From the NCBI GenBank assembly GCA_963810095.1, contig CAWEMM010000008.1, positions 1-64,000 of the forward strand: a stretch of DNA of 64,000 bases, read 5' to 3'. This DNA is from an uncultured Chloroflexia bacterium (lineage in GTDB: Bacteria; Chloroflexota; Anaerolineae; CG2-30-64-16). Made by a program: the position numbers and the translations under genes. Position 1 is the first letter of the stretch. Every line of letters begins with the position of its first letter. Under the pieces are notes generated by a model. That model was not told where the DNA came from. It saw nothing but the letters and a program-made list of their open reading frames with translations, and ran no database searches. This document shows, in pieces, positions 1 to 10,202 of this stretch.

Positions 1-614
1 TCGGGGACGGAGCAAGAGGAACGCCAGCCCGGGGGTAGCCGTAGCCGCAGCGGGTTCCTGCGCAGCCGGTCCCGGGGTGGCGCTCGGCGTGCCCACCGGC
101 TGGGTGCGGCCGCCGGGTCGCTTGAAAAATCACCTCTGCGCTGTTCGACGTAGCAGCAAGCCTCATGCCGTCTACATCTGCCAGGATGAACGAGTCGACG
201 GCAACCAGCGCCGGACCACCGGCAATGGCGCGGAACTGCATCGAATAACGTGCCCGAGCCCGATACCGGTTCATGCGGGCTGATCGAGTCGCGGCGCAGT
301 TCACACCACCCCCGCAGCATTATCGAAGTTATTCTGCGCTACAAAGTCGTGGGCAACAAACGCGCCGGGAACGCGGCTTTGCCTTCGGCGGTGGGTAACT
401 AGCTGCAGCAGCGCCGGATCTACAGTAGGTGGACCTCGAAGGCATACAGGTTGTCGATGCTGTCAACAGAGGCCGTAAGCGTGAGTGTGTCTCTGCCCGG
501 CCGTACCTGAGCCGGACTGCCGGCCAACGGTTGCAGAACAGCTGCCGCGTCGGCATATTGCGGCGACAGCAGCGACAGACCGATAATCAGCAGGCCAGCA
601 AGGAAGATACGCAC
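1..614 (-). CDS. Secreted cohesin-domain protein with Pro/Thr/Ala linker (frameshifted, runs off the left edge)
   Basis: Signal peptide MRIFLAGLLIIGLSLL; cohesin-like LTASVDSIDNLYAFEVHL, PVSGSGTLF, FRAIAGGPALVAVDSFILADVDG pieced across frames; then TPSATPGPAAQEPAAATATP. Confidence 0.65.
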
Positions 615-623
615 GAGAAACCC

Positions 624-1436
624 CTATCGCGCCGACCTGCGCCGGACCCACCATCCGATGCCCCCAACGACCACCGCGCCCAGCCCGACAAGCGCGAGCC
701 GTGGCCGACGCACAGAGTGGTGGCAACCGCGCTCCCGGCAGTGCGGGGGTCGCAGAAGCGCCGGGCGCCACCTGGATCACAGGGGGAGCGGCGGTTGCGC
801 TGGAACAGTGGTCGCAGGGGCTCCGGTGGGGGCCGCCGTGGCAACCCCAACCGTAGCCGGCGCCGGGGCTTCGATAGCAGTGCTGGCATCCGCCGTCGCG
901 TTGTTCTCCGGTAACCGCCGCGATGGCCCGTCCTGTACGGTCCGCAAGTTCGTAAGAAGTGATCGTTACCGGCGACCGCTAACATCAGCCTTCGCCAGCA
1001 GCACGGCCGAAAACAAAACGCCGGTCCCGCTGACAGGTAAGGTAGGGCTGATCTGCGTGCCGGCGAACCAGACCGTGCCGGCCCGATTGTCTGCCACAGA
1101 ACGTACCACGAAGTCGGGCTTGAAGAAAAGAACCGACCTTGATCTGAACGTCCGGCGTACCCGGGTCGGCATCCACAACCTCAAGCACTGCGGGGTCGAA
1201 TTGCGCTCGCACGTCGGCTGCGTAGAGGCTGTTCACACTTTCCACGACGAAGTCGACGGTCACTGTCTGCCCCTTTGAGGCTCGTAATGACGCCAGGATC
1301 AAGGCCGGATCATGACCTCCCGCGAGTCCTGGGCGACGCCTGTTGTTGCGAAGAACGCAAGGGCAAGCAGCGCGAACGGTGCCGGCGCCTGATAGCATGC
1401 GGATAATTGACTTGAAAACACGTTTGGAATTTCGCA
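624..1436 (-). CDS. Cohesin-domain protein with Pro/Thr linker and C-terminal membrane anchor (frameshifted)
   Basis: GQTVTVDFVVESVNSLYAADVRAQFDPAVLEVVDAD, FFKPDFVVRSVADNRAGTVWFAGTQISPTLPVSGTGVLF; C-terminus LPPLCAS...LALVGLGAVVVGGIGWWVRRRSAR*; start approximate. Confidence 0.7.
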
Positions 1437-1538
1437 CGATTTGGGTTCCAAAATGGTGATGGAGCATGGCGGGCAGAGCATCCGTCGCCCGCCATGCTCG
1501 TAAGGCGCTATACGATCAGCGCTCGGGCATTCGGCCGC

Positions 1539-2020
1539 TTACCAGGCTTGCGGCGTCGCCTTGTCGTAGTTGCCGCCGGCGATCGCCAGGTCCTGGATGT
1601 TCGTCACGCCGTCCTTGTTGATGTCCGTGCTGCCGCCCGGTCCACCGCAGCCGGCCGGTAGGATCTGCCACCGAATGCACCGCCGATGCAGCCCAGGTCG
1701 GTCGAGTTCACCCTGCCGCTGTTGTCCGCATCGCCGCCCTTCAGCGTCGTCTTGTCAAGCGTCACGTTCCCCGCCACGGGTACCGCCGTTTTCTGGTTCC
1801 CCAGGTACAGGGAGTGCGACGCATCCACCGTGTAGTTGCTACCACCCGGCAGGTACTGCACGTTCGCTGTCCACGCACCGGTCGTCGCGTTGAAGGCCAC
1901 CGTGACCGGCGCAAACGTCGGGCTCGGGTCCGCGTTCGTCAGCTTCACCGATCCCGCATCCATCGGCGTCAGCCGCCCTTGCAGCGCTACAACACCGCTC
2001 ACCGTCGCATTCCCGCACAC
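1539..2020. repeat. ~480 bp direct repeat, copy 1 (X-dockerin coding module)
   Basis: Nearly identical to 3616-4092 by direct comparison. Confidence 0.9.
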
Positions 2021-3476
2021 TGTGAGGGGCAATGTCGTCGTGCGGATTAGCATCTTGAAGCCGTCGATGTCGCTAAGGATGGCTTCGGTGACGGTTACGT
2101 CGAACGAGCCCATGCCGGTGGCGGTCAGCTTAAAATGACCCGATCTTGCCCGATCCTGCGAGCGGCGCCGCCGGCGACACCTTCGAAGCTCCGAAAGCAC
2201 ACGTCCCCGAGCTGCAGACAGCGCCGTAGCCCGCTGGGACCGCCGCATTGTTCGTCGTGTCGAACCAGTTATTGTCGAACTTGGCTTCCGACGCCGTTGC
2301 CTTTGCCGAATCGAAGTCCACCTTCACCTGGTACCCGTATAGGTTTGTCACATCGTTCAGATCGAAGGTTCACGGTCGTGTTTCGCCGACGCAGAAGAGG
2401 CCATCCGCAGTTGCGAGGTCGACCGCCGCCGACGCCTCCACGAAGTCGTACGTCTTCAGTCCGACCGTCACCTTGTCGACCCAGCCGACCGTGCCCACGC
2501 CGGGGCTAACATTCGAGAGTCGCCCATGCCGAGGGTCAAGTAGACGCGAATGACCTTTGCGCCGGGGTTTCCTGCAGCCACATCGCTTAGCGGCATCCAA
2601 GGCCCGATCCCGTTTCCGCTAGGAACGTCCACTCTGCTGCCACTGGCCAGCAGCCGCTGATCGTGTTCCAACCCACCCCATACGGGGTCGGGATAAACTG
2701 GTACTGTTTCTCGTTGTCGAGCCTGATACGCGCCCAAACCGGATTCGTTCCCGACTGGTTCTGCACGTCGTAGGTGAGAGCCTGTGTGGCGAAGGTTGCG
2801 ACGTCGACGTTGTCGGCCATCAAGGCCAAGAGACCTTCATCTTCGTAGTTGCCGTCCGGATCCGGTGCCAAACCCGCCTTAATGATGCCGGGCCTCGTGA
2901 CCGTCATAGACCTGCGTGATGCCCGGGGACACGGGCGTGTAGCTGGCCGGACCATAATACCCGGCAAACACCCCGCCACCACCCTGAGCCGTGAAGCTCG
3001 GCTACAAGTTACTCACCTGCACAAGTTGTTCAACATCAAACCGCGTCCAGTTGAAGCGCTCATCACTTTCCGGCACCGAAGACCGACCGCACTTCAACGT
3101 ATTCACGCGGCGCAAGGCTTCGGGATGTTGTGCTGTTGTCCACGCAGAGCGACGGATACAAACCATCCGTGATGGAGGGATTCCAGTTGGCCATGGGGTT
3201 GCCGTTTGCATCAAGACGTCGCTGGGTCGTATCACCATCGGTCCGATACTCAAAATATTTTCCTCCATGCCCTAGGAGCCTGGTGCTGATGAACTGCAGG
3301 GTAATCTCGAACCGCCCCTACGGCCGCCTGATCGAACGGCCCAGCCTTTGGTTCGATTGACTACATGGGTGCTGGGTGTGGCCGGGTTCACATTGCCATT
3401 ACCGGATCCCGAACACACCGAGCACGAGACTGGCCATGACTATGGCCATTGCGATCCTTACAACGTACTTCTTCAT
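1539..3476 (-). CDS. Secreted protein: unknown N-terminal domain + cohesin + beta-sandwich (X) + dockerin-like C-terminus (multiple frameshifts)
   Basis: RBS AGGAG and signal peptide MKKYVVRIAMAIVMASLVLG; cohesin NLYGYQVKVDFDSAK...PLAGSGKIGSFKLTA...ILSDIDG; duplicated Ca-binding loops GDADNSGRVNSTDLGCIGGAF and DINKDGVTNIQDLAIAGGNYD. Confidence 0.75.
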
Positions 3477-3615
3477 TTCCCCAGATCTCCTTTGATTGGA
3501 AACTAGAAACTTTCGTGACCCGCCTGTGAAAGGGCTATTTGGAAAACAACGCAGTAGAACTGCGATCAGGGAGACGGCAACCGCCGCCCCCTGAGTAGCG
3601 TTACCTCGTTACTAA

Positions 3616-4092
3616 CTACCAGGCTTGCGGCGTCGCCTTGTCTGGTAGTTCCGCCGGCGATCGCCAGGTCCTGGATGTTCGTCACGCCGTCCTTGTTGAT
3701 GTCGGGCCGCCCGGTCCACCGCAGCCGGCCGGGGCGCCACCGAACGCACCACCGATGCAGCCCAGGTCGGTCGAGTTCACCCTGCCGCTGTTGTCCGCAT
3801 CGCCGCCCTTCAGCGTCGTCTTGTCAAGCGTCACGTTCCCCGCCACGGGTACCGCCGTTTTCTGGTTCCCCAGGTACAGGGAGTGCGACGCATCCACCGT
3901 GTAGTTGCTACCACCCGGCAGGTACTGCACGTTCGCTGTCCACGCACCGGTCGTCGCGTTGAAGGCCACTGTGACCGGCGCAAACGTCGGGCTCGGGTCC
4001 GTGTTCGTCAGCTTCACCGATCCCGGTCGATCGGCGCCTCAGCCGCCCTTGCAACGCTACAACACCGCTCACCGTCGCATTCCCGCACACGG
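3616..4092. repeat. ~480 bp direct repeat, copy 2 (X-dockerin coding module)
   Basis: Nearly identical to 1539-2020. Confidence 0.9.
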
Positions 4093-6277
4093 TCAGCGGG
4101 ATCGTGGTCGTGTGGTGCGCGAAGTTCAAGCCATTAATGTCCGTCAAGATGCTCTCACTGATCGTCACGTTCACCGTGCCCGGTGCGGCACCGGTGAGCT
4201 TGAACGAAGCAATCTTGCCCGATCCTGTCAGCGGCGTCGCCGGGTCAACCTTGGATGCGCCGAACGCAACACGTCCCAGCAACGCTGCAGTCGCTGTTGT
4301 AGCCCGTCGGGACGGCCGCGTCAACTTGTCGTTCGAACCAGTTGTTGTCGAAAGCCGCTTCCGATGCGGTGACCTTGGTCGAATCGAAGGCCACCTTGAT
4401 CTGGTAGCCGTACAGGTTCGCCACATCGTTCAGCTTCCATCGATGGTCGTGTTCTCGCCCACGCAGAAGAGGTCGTCGGTCATCTCCACGACGATGGTTG
4501 TGTTCGGGCTCAGCGTCGTGCCGCCGCAGCCATTGGTCACCCAGGGGCTGAAGTCGACGTTGTCGCTCACGGCCGGCGTCGCGCCGCCGAGTTCTGGGCC
4601 GCGTTGTAGGTCCAGTCCCGCCGTCCCACCAGTTCGCCTGAGCATGCACAGCCGTGGCGGTAACGTTCGCCACGCCGTAGTTCACGCCCGCGAGCAGTTC
4701 TTCTGGATGTTGACGGTGGCCGAGTTCGGGTAGCCGACGAAGACACCCACCGCGTCGTTGTACGTGTTGCGGTTCACGACGTTGCTGATCTTGTTGCCTT
4801 CGACCAGGGCGTTAAGGGTCGGGCCTTCGAGGCCGATCGCATGCGCCCACCAGCCGTCCAGATTCGAGATCTGGTTGTTCAGGACCTTCAGGTTTGACCG
4901 CCGGCCTTGTTGTTGACGATGATGCCGTAAGCGCCCTTGTTAACGTCCTTCACGCCGTCGATCACGTTGTCCTGGATCGTCACGTCGGTGCTCACGTCGG
5001 CGCTTACGTATCTAGCACGCCCACCGCGCTGACACTCTTCGGGCCGCCGTTGAGGTTGGTGAAGCGGTTGCCCGCGACGGTCACCTGGTCGGGGCCCTGG
5101 TAAACCAGGAAGGCGTGCACGTTCTCGGGGTAGGTCGAGCTGCCAACGTGTCTACCAGGTTGTTCACCAGGTTGATGTTGGTGTAGCTCGGCGTGGATTG
5201 TTGACTACGACCGCGTCGGCTGGCCCGGATTCGTCATGTAGAACCCGTCGACCGTGACGTTGCTGGCCAAGACGTTCATCACGCCGGTGACCGCGGAAGG
5301 TACGCCGCGGGATTGTCCGACTTTGTCAGGAAGTTGTCCCAGTAGACGTCGTAGTCCGCGCCGTAGTTGTAGGCGTTGAGGATGACGTTGCCTAGCGTCT
5401 TCGTGTTCGGATCGGCAAAGTTGAGCACCGAGACGCCGTCGACGAAATACTGGAATGCCAGTCCCAACAGTCAGGACTAGGGAAACGCTATGCCACTTCC
5501 CATAGTCCCCGCCTGCGGCCATCTTAGCGGGCATCCAGCCTGCCGTTCCGAGATAGTCGAACACATAGAAACCAGGCGTGGTACCGCCCCGCCAGCCGAT
5601 GATTGGATACGCCGAGACAGACGTGCCGTCAAAGCCCGTTGCCCACAAAGCCGCATTGCGATCCGCGCCATTCCACGAGCTATCGACCCACATGTCGATA
5701 GACATTGCTTGCGTAGCGCCAGTCAGATTCGTATCCAGCTTACGGCCCTGGGAATTGAGGAACCCGTTCGACTGGACGTCTGCCGCGGGGGTACGCCGTG
5801 CTTCAGCACGGACTGACCATTGAAGGTTGTGGCCTCGAACACGGCCGGCGCATAGCGATCGGTGTACCACACGCCAGGCGCAGCCGGGCCGAGGTTGACG
5901 GCGGTGGAGAAGTTGCCGTTGCCTGCGAAGGACTTCAAGGTAAGGCCCTTGCCCACTGTCACGTTCTCGGCGTAGCTGCCCGGGTAGACCAGCACGGTCT
6001 TCCCCTCGGCAGCCGCGTTGACACCGCCCTGGATGGTGTCGAAGGCGGTCACATTCCAGCCAGGGGTGGCGCTGGTGTAGTTGCGGTCGACGAAAATGTC
6101 GGCGGTCGCCAGGGACGATTCGGAGGCAGCCCCGGACATTGCGGCCGCCGGCGTGGCGCCGGACTGCATGTCCGGGCTGACCGGGCCGCCGTTCGCCGCA
6201 AGGGTCGCGGAGGCCGGCAGAAGGAAGGCGATCACGAGCAAGACGACCGCAAGTCGGGACAGGGTTCTGCGATTCAT
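3616..6277 (-). CDS. Secreted protein: pectin-lyase-like parallel beta-helix with inserted beta-sandwich + cohesin + X + dockerin (multiple frameshifts)
   Basis: Signal peptide MNRRTLSRLAVVLLVIAFLLP; beta-helix cap FDTIQGGVNAAAEGKTVLVYPGSYAENVTVGKGLTLKS; AQANWWD...NVDFSPW helix end; cohesin NLYGYQIKVAFDSTKV; same dockerin as the downstream gene. Confidence 0.75.
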
Positions 6278-6358
6278 GGTTTACTCCTCGAAAAGGTGGA
6301 ACTGATAGGGTGAATGGAAACAATGGCTTGTTCGGATCTCGCTGTGCTTATTCTCCTT

Positions 6359-7390
6359 TCAGCCGTGCCTCGAGATTGCCCGCCGCGTTGGGTGACGGCT
6401 GCGCGGTGTTCTCTCCAGGATGTGCAGACTGCGGTCGCGCCCTCGAACCGGGCCAGCCGCCGCTTCGCCAGGGCGAAAAGTGCGACGATAAGCAGCGCGC
6501 CGGCGCCGAGCAAAGGTAATGGCGCCCGAGCCTCCGGCCTCCCCACGAAGCGGGTCAGCGTCAGCGCGTTCGGGCCTGTGCCGGCGCCCCGTAGGGACCG
6601 TACCTCGTCCGCTGCCCGGAGAGGGTGACAGCTTCGAGCCAGTAAGCGCCGGCGGTGCGGGCCGGCTGGATACGATAGGTGTAGCGGCTTCCGGCCGCGG
6701 CGCCGGGTGCGGTCGAGGGTACGAAGGCGATCCAGGCCGGCTCGCTCGCTGCGGACCGGCCGGCATAGACGTTGAAGCCGGCGTTGTCTGCTTCGGAACC
6801 GGTCTCCCACGAGAGAAGTGCCCCGTCGGCCGCCACCGTGCAGCCCGCACGTCGAGCAGGTCGACCGCCAGCGGCGTCTGGAACTCGACCGTGCAAGACT
6901 GGGTCGTGTTGGGGCAGCTTCACGCCGTCGATATCGACCAGGTCGTGGAGCGTGAAGGCGATGGTGAACGTGCCCACGGCTAACGGGTGAAACGTGACGC
7001 GGAACAGCGGGCCCGAGCCGCTCACCGGCTGCGAGGGGCGACCTGGGTGGCCGCATAGCGGAAAGACCCCGCCGTGTTATCCGCGCCGTCCCGTGCGACG
7101 AAATCAGGGGCCAGTGAAAAGTCGACCAGCGGCTGGATCTGCACGCCGTTCTTCGACGTGTTCGCATCCACTACCTGCCCGACCGCGGGGTCAAAGGTGG
7201 CAGCGATGTCGACGCCGTAGAGCGCCGGTCACATCGTTCACGCGTATGTCGATGCTCAAGTCGGCGTCGTTTCCCCGTGGGCCGCCACCGGGTCGCACGT
7301 GACGACGGGGCCGGCAGCCAGGGCCGCAGGTGGGACGGCGGCGAACAGGACAACAACGAGCAACAGGCTACTGATCAACCAGGGGCGCAT
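6359..7390 (-). CDS. Cohesin + FN3-like (WETGSEADNAGFNVY) domain protein with C-terminal sorting/TM tail (frameshifted; 3' end approximate)
   Basis: Signal peptide MRPWLISSLLLVVVLFAAVPPAALA; cohesin SGSGPLFRVTFHPLAVGTFTIAFTLHDLVDIDG; tail TGPNALTLTRFVGRPEARAPLPLLGAGALLIVALFALAKRR. Confidence 0.65.
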
Positions 7391-7711
7391 AACTGCTCCG
7401 AGCGGCTATCGGGAAAACAGGCGGGCACGTGCAAGCGCAAGGCGCACGGGGGCCTGTGTCAGGACTCGAGAGAACAAGATGGCGTTTTGTCGGCCTTCTT
7501 CAAACGGAGTCTGTCCGGATGCTCGGCGACCGCTAGATTTGCCCGCCTGTGGCAATGTCGTCGATTAGGCGTGCCCGGCCCCTCATCACCCCTAGCGGGC
7601 ACAAGGCACGTTGGCAATTCTACCAAGGATATCCCGCAAGAGATAGTGTCAAAAGTCCCTATCTTTAAGCAGATTATCCACGTGATTCGGTACTTTAGTA
7701 CGGTACCCCCG

Positions 7712-8377
7712 TCACCTTCTGGGTTTGACGATCCCCCGCTGCACGGCTTGCAGCACGGCCTCCGTCCGGTTCTGCACGCCCAGCTTGTGGTAAATGCTGG
7801 TCAGGAGGTTCTTCACGGTCTGTTCGGAGAGGTATAGCTTGTCGGCAATCTGCCGGTTCGACAGGCCGGCCGCGAGGTGCTCGAGCACGTCGAGCTCACG
7901 GGGCGCGAGCGGCGGGCTCATGGGCAGGCTGCGCCCGGCTTCCAGCGCGAGCCGGCGGTACTCGTCGAGCAGCCGCGACCCGACGTGCGGCTCAATCGCG
8001 ACCCCGCCCGAGGCCACCGCCCGGATCCCTTCCACCAGCACGGCCGCCCGCTCGTCCTTCAGCATGTACCCGCGCACCCCGGCCAGCACCGCGCCTTCCA
8101 CCAACTCGGGATCCTGGTACATGCTGAGGGCAATCACGCGTGCCTCAGGTCGCCGGCGGATGATCTCCCGTGTCGCCTCCACCCCGTCGCGGCCGGGCAT
8201 GTGCAGATCCATCAGGATGACGTCGGGGCGCAGCTGCTCGGCCAATTCGATGCCCATCTCGGCATCGCCCGCTTCGCCCACCACCGCCAACCCCTCCTGG
8301 CGCTCGAGCAGCGCGCGCAGCCCGTCGCGGAACAACGAGTGGTCATCGACAATCAGGACCGTGATTCTCTCAATCAC
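7712..8377 (-). CDS. NarL/FixJ family response regulator (REC + LuxR HTH)
   Basis: VLIVDDH, DVILMDLHMP, GYMLK; LAPRELDVLEHLAAGLSNRQIADKLYLSEQTVKN; GTG start overlaps the kinase stop. Confidence 0.95.
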   Translation of the reverse strand: MIERITVLIVDDHSLFRDGLRALLERQEGLAVVGEAGDAEMGIELAEQLRPDVILMDLHMPGRDGVEATREIIRRRPEARVIALSMYQDPELVEGAVLAGVRGYMLKDERAAVLVEGIRAVASGGVAIEPHVGSRLLDEYRRLALEAGRSLPMSPPLAPRELDVLEHLAAGLSNRQIADKLYLSEQTVKNLLTSIYHKLGVQNRTEAVLQAVQRGIVKPRR

Positions 8378-10049
8378 CAGGCTGTCCTCCGCCAAGTGGC
8401 AGCACTGCCGTTACCGTCGTCCCCGATCCGATTTTCGAATCGATCCGCAACAGGCCGCCCAGTTCCTCCATCCGCGATCGCATGCTGACGATCCCGAAGT
8501 GACCGGCTCTGGCTCCTGCAACCTCTAAGTCAAAACCGTTTCCATTGTCTTGAACGCTCAATTCGATTGTTTTCTGGCACGACGCGTTCAAATATACACA
8601 AACCCGCGTCGCGTTCGCATGCTTGCGCACATTGGTCAGCGCTTCCTGGGCCAGCCGCACCAGGGCCGTGTGCTGCCCAGCCGAGAGGCGCCGCTCCTCG
8701 TCGCCCACGCAGACGATTTCCACCCGCTGCCCCACCTGCTCCTCGAATTGAGTCGCCAGCAGCCGCAGCGCATCGAGTAGGCGGGTGCTGCCCGAAGCCG
8801 AGTCGTGCAGCGAGGCAATCGTCCCTCGGGTCTCGCGGATGGCCCGCTGGAGCCCGTCCGCGAGCGTGTCCAGCTCCGCCGCCAGTTGGGGCGCACCCGA
8901 CTGCGCGAGGTCGTGACACAGCTCCGCCTTGAGCAGGAGCGAGGCGAGATTCTGCGCCAGGCCGTCATGCAGCTCGCTTGCCAGCCGCGAACGCTCGCGA
9001 TGGATCGTCAGCGCCTGCTCGCGCATCCGGCCGTGCACCTTCTCCAGGATGGCACCCCCCGCCTGGGCCAGCAGCTCGACCGTCTCGATGTCGTCCCGCG
9101 TGAACTGGCGCACGGCAGGATCGTCGCCAACCGCCAGTACCGCCGCCGGAACGCCCTGAACAAACAGGGGCACCGCAATCAGGGCGGTGCGCAAGCCCGC
9201 GTTCGAAGCCGCACCCTCGGGAAACACGTACTCTGGCAGATGCAGCGTCTGCCCCGACTGCATCACCCTGGCCGACAGGCCTTTGCCGGGAGGCAGCCGA
9301 TAGCCGATCATGGGCGCCGGCGCGCCGTCGCGATAGGCTACGGTCACGACGACTTCGCCGGTGACTTTGTCGATCACGCTCAGGCTCCCGCCGCGGGCGC
9401 GGAGCAGACGAATCGTACGCTGCACGAGTTCGTCGAGCAATTGATCGCTGTCCATCACCCGGGTGAGCGATACCGCCAGTTCGTAGAGCGCAGACCACCG
9501 CTCGTTGCGCTCGCGGAGTCGCTCTTCCACCCCCTGGCGCAGGCGGAGGTGCGCCGTGGCGAGGCCGATCTCGAGGGCGGCCGCGGCCAGCCCCTCCTGG
9601 TGCCACGGGGTGCGCGGGGTATCAGGCAAGCCGAACAGGCACACGATCCCGATGTCATCGTCTCGCACGGCCAGGGCGGCCGCGCCCAGCACCTGCAAGA
9701 CGCTGCCCTGCGAAACCACTTCCGCCCATCCCACGGCAAGCGCGTGGCGATCCGGGTCGACCGAGGGGCAGAAGCAGGGCAAGGTTGCCAGGGTGAGGCC
9801 AGGGGAGACCGGGGGCACGTTCCCGCTGCTCGCGACGCGGGCCAGGTCGCGGCTTTCGGGATCACAGAGACCGATCAGGACGCCGTCGGCGCGCAGGTGA
9901 ACCCGCAACGTCTCGAGCACGGCCGCGAGGAAGGCATCCAGGTCCATACTGGCGGCGCGCGCCGAAATCAACGCCCGGTGCAGCGCCAAAATGTCCTGAA
10001 GCGGTATGATCGTTGCATCCGTCGAGGTGAGACCGAGAGATTGCGACAC
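8370..10049 (-). CDS. GAF-domain sensor histidine kinase (HisKA_3)
   Basis: Two GAF-like regions; ERSRLASELHDGLAQ, QEALTNVRKHA, DNGNGF, GHFGIVSMRSR, GSGTTV. Confidence 0.93.
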   Translation of the reverse strand: MSQSLGLTSTDATIIPLQDILALHRALISARAASMDLDAFLAAVLETLRVHLRADGVLIGLCDPESRDLARVASSGNVPPVSPGLTLATLPCFCPSVDPDRHALAVGWAEVVSQGSVLQVLGAAALAVRDDDIGIVCLFGLPDTPRTPWHQEGLAAAALEIGLATAHLRLRQGVEERLRERNERWSALYELAVSLTRVMDSDQLLDELVQRTIRLLRARGGSLSVIDKVTGEVVVTVAYRDGAPAPMIGYRLPPGKGLSARVMQSGQTLHLPEYVFPEGAASNAGLRTALIAVPLFVQGVPAAVLAVGDDPAVRQFTRDDIETVELLAQAGGAILEKVHGRMREQALTIHRERSRLASELHDGLAQNLASLLLKAELCHDLAQSGAPQLAAELDTLADGLQRAIRETRGTIASLHDSASGSTRLLDALRLLATQFEEQVGQRVEIVCVGDEERRLSAGQHTALVRLAQEALTNVRKHANATRVCVYLNASCQKTIELSVQDNGNGFDLEVAGARAGHFGIVSMRSRMEELGGLLRIDSKIGSGTTVTAVLPLGGGQPGD

Positions 10050-10202
10050 CGTTGACGCCCCATATTAAAAAGAGTCTTCTGCGGGCTTTGCCAACGGGAA
10101 TTATACTCGGTCGCCCCCGTCACAGCAATTCACGACAACGTTCAAAAATCGCTGCACGCGTAAATGTCCTGATGGCGCCGGCGCGGCTCCCAAGGCCGCG
10201 GC

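Noticed and set aside
1539-4092. Duplicated module as a DGR template/variable repeat pair
   Set aside because: Differences are not adenine-specific, both copies are coding and no reverse transcriptase is present
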